Source: Salisapilia sapeloensis CBS 127946
Taxonomy: Eukaryota > Protista > Oomycota
Length of the DNA stretch: 36,613 bases
Reading direction: 5' to 3'
NCBI GenBank assembly: GCA_023334545.1
Contig: JAADVB010000195.1
Coordinates: 1 to 36,613, forward strand
The stretch's first letter is position 1. Every line of letters begins with the position of its first letter. The notes below the pieces were generated by a model. That model worked only from the letters and a program-made list of their open reading frames with translations. It was not told where the DNA came from and did no database searches. Both the position numbers and the translations under genes were made by a program. This document shows positions 1-9,427 of the stretch, one piece after another.

Positions 1-162
1 ATAACGGCTTCAACATATTAGCCTCTGGCAATTGGAATGATGACGCGTGCATCATCACTTCCGCCTCACTTCGTATGTATATGTACGAAATCATCGGGAA
101 CAATTGTCATTGTGTCCCATGTAATGATTAGCCCATTACATTCCCCCAATGACCGTTTTCAT

Positions 163-867
163 TTATGTTCCGTCAATGCTAAGTCCACGGACAGCATAAG
201 GTTCAAAAGCCACTAGAGCTTCTTGATAAACGACGCAAAGTCGTTCAAACTTTCCATCCTTCGTATCAATAGTAGCGCTATGTCCATGAACTTGGAGTAG
301 CTCCACGTACTTCGGCAAGCAAGCATACTGCGATTTAGTATCCTTCATAAAATACTGTTTGAGTCCTTCAATGGCGTTGACACAATTCTGATACGAAACC
401 GTAGCTCCAGTTGTTTCGATGTATCTCTTTAGCATGACGGGGGTCACGTTTCCGTTACTGTTGTAATAAAAGCGACGAACTGAGTCATTCTGAGCAAGCT
501 GTTTGGCTGTCCACTTGCGTTTGAACGTACTTGCAGTACCCTCTAAGTCAATTTCCGTCAAACAAGAATGTGCTCTAAACTTTGTAGAAGGCTTGACCGT
601 GCTCGAGAATGCGAATTGAACCACAAAGTGTCAGTCTTTGTGGATGCACACGGCCTTGTATGACCGTTTAGAACTTCTTGCAACATGATAGGGTCGCTTC
701 ACCTCGTCATTGTAGTCGACAACAGCTTGGACAATGTCGTTCTTCTTGACATACGTCCGTTGGTCAAATAATGACATGTCCCTTAGTTGACGCGAGATAA
801 CTTCCCGGGTGTTAATTGGATAATGAAACGAGGTATCTTCATTTAGCTTAGACTTTAATGAACCCAC
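163..867 (-). pseudogene. MULE transposase pseudogene
   Basis: In-frame TGA at 631-633 where a Cys is expected, and TAA at 163-165 directly after the IDGT catalytic motif. No good in-frame ATG (the ORF-track start is GTG). Confidence 0.7.
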
Positions 868-1139
868 ACATGGCGGCTTATTCTGTTAGCAAATGAATGG
901 AGACTCTTTTAATACGTCACATGTTTTGGTGACGGAATCCATCTGTGTTAAAGCATTGATGGATATCTTCCAATGCAATGCTTATTTCAAGTCATATCAC
1001 TACGCCTCACGACTTCACAATCGCTGATAGATCTGGGTGATCAAGTGGCTCTACACGATACTCATCGCATACTGCTAATTAACCCCAAACTTTACCAGAA
1101 ATAGTTGATAATTCCTTGATAATTTCGTATTTTTAATTG

Positions 1140-1209
1140 ATGTAACATTTTTTAATTTATGCTCGAAATTATGTAACATTTTTTAAATATAAATTTGAAA
1201 ATGTTACAT
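1140..1209. repeat. Subterminal repeats of the putative MULE terminal inverted repeat
   Basis: ATGTAACATTTTTTAA occurs at 1140-1155 and 1171-1186. An inverted copy of the core (AAAATGTTACAT) is at 1198-1209, within a very AT-rich tract. Confidence 0.6.
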
Positions 1210-1491
1210 TCTTTTTATATCCCCTAAAAAATACGAGCCTATTTTTTGAAACGAACTGGTTCGTGAGAGGTGTGACCTAGAAGCCGACACCCCTCGATGC
1301 TGTCGCGGACTATCAATTTAGTTTTCTCGAATTGGATGAAATATTTAACGGCGCCATATCGCTGCTGCCTGAATTGAGAGCCCATGTTTTAAAGGTTGCG
1401 CGAGCACACTCTTAATTTTTGACTACCGTAATCTGATTCTGATTTTGAATTTCCCATCCTTGTCAAACGCCAAGATACTGTGAACGATAAC

Positions 1492-3244
1492 ATGGAAAGA
1501 CACGGGGATGACGGGGCATCGGAGCCACTGCTGCCCAACCGCTCCCACACAGCGGATCAGAGCAACAGCAATGCCCAGTACAATCAATCTTTTTCGACAA
1601 TGGGGGATGGAAATGGCGCTCAGTCGCCTGAGCACTTGCGCAGCTCGTATATCAAAAAGCTCGGGTACACGCCGCTTATCTTTCGGGTTTGTTTGATCTG
1701 TGAATACTGGACTTGTTTCATAGATTGTATCTCTAACATTGTATGTGTAGAAAGTAAAACGCATAGGAAGCAGCATCCTCGCATCGCTATCTCCAGGCCG
1801 TCGCAAGGTACGTCTGATCGTCCATACCGCCCCTATGTCGTCAGCACTAATGGAATGTACGCTATCATGTAGGAAACCGAGGATGAAGATTCTTTTCCCT
1901 ACCATTCGGCTGGCTTCATGCCTTCGAAAGGATCAGTTACTGGGTCTGTCTTTAATCTTGCGGGAGCTACCCTCGGTGCAGGAGCGCTCTCTTTGCCGTA
2001 CGCTGTTGCGGTCTCCGGACTAGGTTTCGCACTGCTTCAACTGGTCGTGGCGGCACTCCTCACCGTCTACACGATTCGACTCCTCATTCACGCTGGTGAT
2101 CTCACGAGGTACCACCTTTCAAAACGAACGCTGGTTACTATTGGTGACTTTTTATTATTTGTAGACTTAAGTCGTATGAAGATCTAGCGCTCTACTGCTT
2201 CGGAAACAAGGTCTCCATCTAGTTGCTAGCACATAATCCACGCTCTAACGCTTTCTATAGACAGCCGTCTTTGTCGAGCTCAACATCCTCATCTTTTGCT
2301 TTGGCATTGCTGTCGCCTATCTCGTCGCACTGGGAGATATCGTTACGCCTCTCGGTGAGCTCTACTTTGGTGTGGGCAGCCTCCTCGCCCATCGTGCTGT
2401 CCTCATGTCCATCTCGTGCATCCTCATCATGCTTCCACTCTCGCTCCTTCGAGACATTAGCAGCCTCCAATTCTCCTCCCTCTTGGGCGTTTGCTCCATC
2501 ATCTTCCTCGTCTTCGCCGTGTGCGTTCGTTCTGCCATGATTGCCAGTGATAAAGGCCTGGCTCCAGACATCAAGTGGACGATCAATCTGGCGCACGGAC
2601 CTGACTTTATGCTCAGCGTCCCCATCGTCATGTTCGCATTCACGTGCCAAGTCAACGTCTTCTCCATCTACACCGAGCTCCAGCGACCATGCATCCGTCG
2701 CATGAACAAGGTCGTGGACCGCGCTACCTTTGTCTCGTTCTTCGTCTACCTGGTCATTGGCGTCGCAGCCTACTTGGCCTTTGGCTCGGCGCTCACAGCT
2801 CCAGAGCTCAAGGGCAACATCCTGTTGAGCTTCTCACTTCATGACGCTCTCATTGCCGTCAGCCGCGCGGCGTTGGCTTTCACCATCTCCGTCGCCTTCC
2901 CACTCAACATCTTCCCCTGCAGGTTTACCATTGACATGCTGTTCTTTGCAGACGCGAGAGAGTCGACGCCTAGACATGTTACCGTCACCACTTGTCTTGT
3001 CGCGGCGGCTCTCGGACTAGCCATCTTCTGTCCAGGAGTAAATGTCGTCTTTGGCGTGATCGGAGGCACGTGCTCGGCCGTAGTCTGCTTCTGCTTGCCT
3101 GCTGCCTTCATCTTGAAGTTGGAGGACGGACCGCTTTTGGGAAAGAAGAAATTGGCGCCACTTTTGCTGCTCATCGGAGCCTCGATCCTTGGAGCGGTGG
3201 GTACTGGCGTTACACTTTGGTCGATGTTCCGAGCGGAAGACTAA
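1492..3244 (+). CDS. Amino acid/auxin permease (AAAP, Aa_trans; SLC38/AVT-like) transporter, multi-exon
   Basis: Motifs include GSVFNLAGATLGAGALSLPYA, SYEDLA..CFG, VPIVMFAFTCQVNVFSIYTEL and VFGVIGGTCSAVVCFCLPA. Frame-preserving introns lie at 1808-1872, 2109-2164 and 2211-2260. The first intron (about 1665/1687-1750/1774) is not resolved. ATG at 1492, stop TAA at 3242-3244. Confidence 0.92.
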
Positions 3245-3363
3245 TAGATACGAAGGTGTGGAAAGATACGAATATGAACACCTTTCTTTTCTTTCGTGTC
3301 TCTACATTCGTGCAACCTTTTATACATGGACCACTTGAGCAGACGCGAGAGAACGAGGAGAGG

Positions 3364-5418
3364 ATGGATCAGTGGCCACCTTCGGACGAAACCCCTGACG
3401 CACAACTTTCAGAACCGCCACAGCAAAGTGGCGGAACACACTCTCCTTTCAATGCAGAGTAAAGAAGAAGCTTACATTCCTGAGTCGCTTGCCGCAACTA
3501 ATCGACCTCTGCCTTAGTCCCATTGCTACGGTGAATCATAATCCCCCAAGCAACTATCCGTACCACGAGACTGCATCCGAATCAGGTATACCTTTTTCTC
3601 ATGCAATCATCGCCAACGAAGACGTGTGTCAATGACAAATGACATCATATAGCAGGTCCTTTTCCTCCTCCCATGTCGACCACTGCCACTGCCACTGCCT
3701 CGCCATCGCTATTCGGCAGTCCACCATCCGCGTCCTCTCAAGCGACTACCAATATTGATCCATTCGCTCCGGGTGCAATGGATTCGTTGCAATCTGCTCT
3801 TGCACCTCAAGCTCCACCTGGACATAACCAATCCTTCGAGCGAGTTGAGTCGCACCCACTCCAGAACGACATGGATCCATTTGCAGCAGCAGCTCCTCCG
3901 CCAGGCAATGCACAACCAGATCCATTTGCGTCAAAAAGCCAGCCTCTCGCAGCTGCGGACTCTCTCTTTGGTCCTCCAAAATCACCCACACCGTCCGGTA
4001 GAGTTCGTCGGAGCAACAGTACAAAGTCCGAGGCTAATAGCTTATTCAGCTCGCCACCGTCGGAGTATTCGTCAAATGCCGATCCATTCGCGACCGCTGC
4101 GGCGAATCCGGATCCCTTCAATCCAACGCATAACAGAAATACCCGATCGCAGTCAACAGCGACACCTACCACTGCTACAACTACTTTATTCAGCGCATCT
4201 CACCCATCTCCCTCGCCCCCACTGTCCCAAAAGAGCACTTCCTCTACATTTTCTACATATAGCACGAACCAGCCGATAGCTTCAGTCGGCGTCATCGGAG
4301 CAGAGCTCTCGGTGCAAGATCTTGTAGATGAATTTACGCGTAATATGCCGTTAAAGTCTCCACCTACTCCGATTGAAGACCTTCCAAACGACTTATCTAC
4401 GCTCGAGGGACTCTACGTACAAAAGAGATGGCGATCTCTCACGAGAAAAGCTCTTCGAATGCTGCAACCGTCTCCTCCTAGTCCTCGGGAAGTCTTGAAA
4501 ATCAAATCGTGGTGGCTCGTCGGTTTAATACGAGAAGAGCAGTATGACAACGCCGCGAGTGTTCTAGAGCAGCTGGGCGACTTGGACAGTACCATTTATG
4601 AGCCGTCAGATGAAAACGACTCCGATCTCTTTGTCGTCACTCGGATCAAGCTTTTGGACGCGACGCTGAGCAAGTGCAGAGGCTTGACATCCGACCATGA
4701 ATCCAAGTTACTGAAGCTTTTGTCCTCTCTCGAGCATTCGGACCCACACTCCGGCAAAGACAAGTGGATCCGGATAACCGTCTACACTCTCATCAACCAC
4801 TTTCTTCAGCAGCAGCGCTTCCCTCTTGCAATTCGCCTCTGTAAAAAGCTCCCGACGGCGTCTCTAACCTCCACAGACAAAGTCGTCCAGTACTCTCGAC
4901 TCTGTCGCATCCATTTACAGATGGGTAATTTGGATGCTGCCAATAAGCTCGTTTCTCTCGCTCGTGAGACACTAGGATCCAGTCACGACCTGCCTTGCCT
5001 CGAAGCTAGAGTGCTCGTGGACGAAGGTCTGGTTCTTTTTGCAACGAATCAAGTCCAAGAATCACTCAGTGCCTTTGATGCTGTGCTCCGACTGGTGGAA
5101 CGAGATGGCGTACCAGAGGAAGCAGTCGATTTGGATGAGCAATTGCTACTGGACGAAGATGTGGCCTGCTCGGCAGTGAACAACTTTGCTGTCTGTGCCT
5201 TGTACTGCTGTGACGTCCGCGGAGCAATCGCTGCTCTGGAGCGCGCAGTTCGTTGTGCCCCCGAACGCTTTTTGCAGCCGTCAGTCGTCTTCAATATTAG
5301 TTCGCTGTACGACCTCGTGTTCGATGGCCCGACGAGCTCCAAGCACAAGGAAAAGATTCAAGTCGTATCAGAGCGGTGTGGCTTGGAGCACCTACAAAGC
5401 AGCGTCTTTCGAATTTGA
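3364..5418 (+). CDS. TRAPPC12: Trafficking protein particle complex subunit 12 (TTC15/TRAMM)-like TPR protein
   Basis: The C-terminal TPR region ends ...VNNFAVCALYC...AIAALE...VVFNISSLYDL..., the TRAPPC12-type terminus, after a long S/T/P-rich N-terminus. Proposed exons 3364-3458, 3551-3585 and 3656-5418 join in frame (FNAD/NYPYHETASESG/PFPPPMST). Confidence 0.8.
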
Positions 5419-5845
5419 CCAAGCGTCTGAGGTCGTGCATTTGTCACTCGTATTGCCTTGGCGTAAGGGCGTATGTGTGGGTTCAGGAAGACAGTCGAGA
5501 CAAGAGTTTTGACTTTGTTAGAAATACACGGAATTGCTGTTCATTCACTGTTTCCTTTCCCGAGTCTTTTGATAGCGCTCTAGCAGACGGAAGCAATAGC
5601 AATCGCTGTGGCTCGAAGCGTATTTCAATGCTTTCTACAGTAAGTTGGCTTACACATCTAGGCCAAAGCTCCAAGCATCCGACTACTACCACTTTCATGG
5701 AAACCAAATTGAACAGAGCATGATAGGAGTAAACAACGCACACGCTTTCAGCCAACGCACAAAACAACGGCCAAATGTCAAGCGTACACGGATCTGTTTC
5801 ACAGCATTTGACAATTTGAAGGATTATCATACGTTTGCCGTCCAT

Positions 5846-6819
5846 TTACTGCTCCTTTAGACGTTTGGTGTCTGGTTCCTCGTCGGAGCTATTGGTCGGT
5901 TCAAACCTCTGGTGCTTTCTATCTGTTCCATCCTTTTCACGCACGTCCAAAGAGTCCATCTCTGTTTCTGGAAGCTCATCTCTCGCCTTGGCGTCATGTT
6001 CAGCTGCTGACGGTTGGAGCTGGTTTTTCAATTGCTCTCGAAGTTCCAACCATCGACGCTTGGTCATGGCATTTATATCATGTACCTCTTCTTCGGCATC
6101 CGAATTGGACTCTTCAGCTAAAATGGCTTCAAGCGCAGTCGCGGCGGATTCTTCCGATGCAAACTCCACAAAGCCAAATCCTTTAAACTGTCGACTCTTG
6201 GCAAAGCGCGGAAGGCTCACCAGATTCACCTACAGATGACGTGCAGCTTTTAAGGAAAATATAAACTCAAGGCTAGTCCAAGCAAACATACCTTGCCAAA
6301 CTTAGACAAGAGTTGCCGCAAACTAGTGTGGTCGTGGTGGCGACGGAAGTTTTCAATGTACAAGGTACGATCTAGCAAGAGTAGATGTATGCATTACATC
6401 AGATAAGTACACAGCACTGAAACGTGTACTGGACAAGCATATATACCTGGTAAAGTAGGATCGTCGTCAAAAGTTGGCATCTCCGCTGGAGCTATACATT
6501 TATTTTCTTCATCTGCTCTTAAGAGAGTGGACTTAGAAGCTGCCTGTAAGATCATGCGTTCTGTCGCCTGCATCGATTTTACACTACGCAGCAAAAGGTT
6601 AACAATGAGCTACTTGATTTACATCGGCGTCAAGTCTTGACAGTCAAGCACAGCTCCGTACCGATTGAAGGACAGGAAGAGCTCTGCAGGAACATAGCCT
6701 TCTTCATCCATGTGTTCGTTGAGAAACTTGTCTTGCCTTAGATTGCTTTCACTCATATAGAACTCTAACTGCCGCTGCAGCCGTCGCCGAAGCCGCTTGC
6801 CGTTGCCAGTGGCCTCCAT
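5846..6819 (-). CDS. La-module RNA-binding protein (La HTH + RRM1; La/LARP7 type)
   Basis: La motif QRQLEFYMSESNLRQDKFL...GYVPAELFLSFNRVKSM, RRM RNP2 DRTLYIENF and RNP1 KGFGFVEF. Exons 6819-6662, 6583-6447, 6371-6292 and 6229-5846 join in frame through GT-AG introns. The C-terminus may extend further (see findings). Confidence 0.88.
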
Positions 6820-7085
6820 GGCGTCGATTTCTCTAGTGCCGCCAAAGGGTATGTACTGTACCATAAATGTACCATATGACCAAGAGACCGAACGGCAAGC
6901 TCTTTGCATGCTACATGGATAGACTGCAGAAACCCCGAGTGGTCTTAACTGATTGGCATTTGCATTATTTCATCCCTCATATCCGTATGAATGCATTGAC
7001 GTCGGAGCAGTCGACAAAAATCGGGAGACACTTATAGAAGACTACGACTTGGTAGCCATCGCGATCCCAAATCAAACCCTCTCCT

Positions 7086-8107
7086 CTACTCACGCTGAAG
7101 CACTCGATCCAGCACACCCACTTCTGCTAGTGATGACAGCGTGTGGCATACTGCAGACTCAATGAGATTTACATTGGCTTTTTGTGCCTGCTTGAACTCT
7201 TCCATCTACCTCAGCATACCAATGAGTATTCTATACTCCGTGCGTAGGAGATATAGCAATTGTTAAGTCGTACCGTAAGCGTGTGGCAGATTCCGTTCGC
7301 CATGTTGTCCACAAGTCCAAGCATCGCAAACGGGATGTGAAGTTCGTTCATCAGTTCGGCTTCATTCGCGCCGGTCATGCCGACGAGTTCCTACTCGCAA
7401 AAAGGTTTCTTTAGTTACATGCGACAGCATAGCAATTGGGTTTTAGAGGAAATACGCCGAAATGAGAGAAAAAGCGGACTTCAGCCTTCGTCTCAAAGCG
7501 AGGACCCGACGTCTGGACGTAGACACCACCGTCGTGAGGATGGAAGTTGCCATCTTTTAAGGCAGAGAGGATAGTATTTCTCAGCTCCGTGCTCATCCCA
7601 GGCACGACGTGCGCTTCATGCTCCTGAGAGATATGCATGATGGAAAACGGGTTGAAATAGTCATCGGGCACGACCAATCTGGAAGCATGCATTAAAACGT
7701 TTCGGCGTGGACTTACGAAAGTGTGTATCATACCTGCCCATGGAGATATCAGTAGACATGGATCCGACTGAATAGACGCCAAGCACAGCGTCACAGCCAC
7801 CAATCTTTAGTGCCTGGGCAATGGCCCTGTAGTTAATTTGGCGAGGCTGGTGGTATTCATCGTCCGGCGTCGCGTGATGGCGCTGGATGAAAAGAATGTC
7901 GAGCTCGTCTTCTTCGTTTTGACTGGAGCTTGGATTCCATTTACCAGAGTAGCACATCACTTCCCCATCGTCCGTGCTAATAATGTTCTTTTCGAGACTG
8001 GAGGAAAAGGCCTTGGACTGAATGAGACCAGATCCGCCGATGATGCCCAACTTCTTCCTGACCAATACGCTCTTGGCCGAACCGCTCGACTCGCTCGTGT
8101 CGCTCAT
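7086..8107 (-). CDS. MTAP/PNP (PNP_UDP_1) family nucleoside phosphorylase
   Basis: Motifs LGIIGGSG, FIQRH, INYRA..QALK..GC, SVGSM, YVQTSGPRFETKAE and ELVGMTGANEAELMNELHIPFAM. Introns at 7679-7733, 7391-7455 and 7206-7273 restore the frame. Stop TAG at 7086-7088. Confidence 0.9.
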
Positions 8108-8468
8108 ATTCCTTCCGCTTTTGTCTGCGCCTGCCGTCTCAACTTCAGATATGTCGCTTTCGAAAGAGGTGCTGAGTAGCAGCTGGACGAGTCACTTTGC
8201 GTGAGTGTACCCGATTGCACGGTGAGTATCCGTTAGTCGCAAAAGGATTCACTTCAAAGGTTGCCTAAGCGCCGATGTAAAGTTGGACAATACAAGCAAG
8301 ACTTAGAGCAAGATACAATCATCAGATGCTATCGTGCCTTTTAATTATAACCTACTCGACGGACAACAGAGCATGGATAGAATTACACTGCGACAGACAC
8401 ATCTACCAGCCTCACTCTCGCGCAACAGCTTCACCATCTACTGCTATACGAACATCCTTGGCAAATTC

Positions 8469-9233
8469 TCAACATTCGCGACCAGTCAATTCAAATGGAA
8501 GATCACGAGCTTTGTCACTTTTCAGGCTGGACATTGGGTGGTAAGCCTTGATTTCGTATGCTCTCGATTTAACTTTAACTTGCGTGGTTACCACTACAGC
8601 CTTGCTCATGTCATGCGGCAAAATGGATCGTGAGTGTTGTCTCAGCCTGACTTTACTTCAATCTTCGCTTCACCCAAGGAGTCGGTATGCCTGTCGTTGT
8701 TGAGTTGCTGACCGAGTCGCGAGTGCTGTCTCACTATTCTTTCGCTTGAAGTCTCTTTTAAACTAAGCGAGCTTCCGAGCTTGCCGCTGCCATGCGGCGC
8801 AATGAATAGCTAGTGACGATTCATCTTGCTTTTGCTTCAGGCTTCGCTTTGCCTGGACGACTTTAATCGGCCGCCATCCACGTGCAGCACACTAGATCGT
8901 CAGAGCTATCTCCGTGTGCTTTCGCTTGAAGACTCTTTTGAACCAAACAAGATCGCGAGCTTCCTCATACCATGTAGCACACTAGATCGCTACTGCCGCC
9001 TCGGTCTGCGTTCGCTCCAGCCTCTGTTTCGCTTTGACGAATCGCTATGCCTGTCCATGCTGAGTTATGAGTTGAGTCGATGTTAACGTTGACCGGAAGC
9101 TCTTTGTCTTGGACGCTTTGTAGTGACGTCCTTTAAGCACAAATTGCCGTCCTGACTTGGCTTATGCTAAAGCATCATTCCTAGCTTCACCTGCGAGTAG
9201 AAACGCTTCGAGCCAAGCAGCGCCGCCTGTCAT
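8469..9233 (-). pseudogene. IQ calmodulin-binding-motif repeat protein pseudogene (boundaries uncertain, possibly about 8240-9300)
   Basis: One minus-strand frame gives six 30-aa repeats with IQ-like cores (VAI*CATWYEEAR, LTI*CAARGWRPIK, LAIHCAAWQRQAR). It has 7 internal stops (at 9162, 9045, 8982, 8892, 8763, 8670, 8658) and no frameshift. Confidence 0.65.
8671..9180. repeat. Degenerate 90-bp tandem repeat with 180-bp higher-order periodicity
   Basis: AGCACACTAGATCG occurs at 8886-8899 and 8976-8989 (90 bp apart). TTCGCTTGAAG(T/A)CTCTTTT occurs at 8741 and 8921 (180 bp apart). TATGCCTGTC occurs at 8686 and 9046 (360 bp apart). Confidence 0.8.
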
Positions 9234-9427
9234 CCATACTTTATGAAATTACTACTTCTGAAACAGTGTATCGGACTAGCAGATTTCTCCCGGAAACAAG
9301 CAGCGACACTCTTCAAGAGCACAACTGACACTGATGAAGCAGGCAGAATCTACAGAGTACTGCAATTACAAAATTTATTTCCTCATTATGTCCTTACCCG
9401 AGTCAACCGTACATATATTCATCAAAC

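Larger units (their letters stand above)
1..1224 (-). mobile_element. Degenerate Mutator-like (MULE/MuDR) DNA transposon fragment, truncated by the left window edge
   Basis: Minus-strand ORFs 631-867 and 163-624 are in the same frame and separated by one TGA (631-633). They read ...VQAVVDYN...YHVARSSKRSYKAVCIHKD*HFVVQ... (MuDR DNA-binding/WRKY-like region) through ...RGLSIDGT* (first Asp of the MULE DDE domain; DGT motif). Further stops and frameshifts follow (IDGT*MKTVIGG..., IIPIA). An AT-rich terminal segment with internal repeats ends at about 1224 (GGGGATATAAAAAG on the minus strand). Confidence 0.75.

Noticed and set aside
1423-1905. 160-aa minus-strand ORF
   Set aside because: It overlaps exons and introns of the AAAP gene on the opposite strand and has no motif support.
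8326-9086. Plus-strand ORFs 8326-8544, 8334-8633 and 8826-9086 as genes
   Set aside because: They have no recognisable motifs. They are antisense shadows of the IQ-repeat pseudogene, and the repeated CSTLDR is the reverse strand of AI*CA.
8671-9180. CRISPR-like array interpretation of the 90-bp periodicity
   Set aside because: The repeats are degenerate along their whole length, in codon phase, have no unique spacers, and lie in a eukaryotic intron-containing context.
8469-9233. Genome-wide TAA/TAG-to-Gln reassignment (ciliate-type code), suggested by stops at IQ glutamines
   Set aside because: The very long Gln-rich ORFs (SANT protein, CC2D2A) contain no internal TAA/TAG, and many conserved genes end properly in TAA/TAG, so the standard code is in use.
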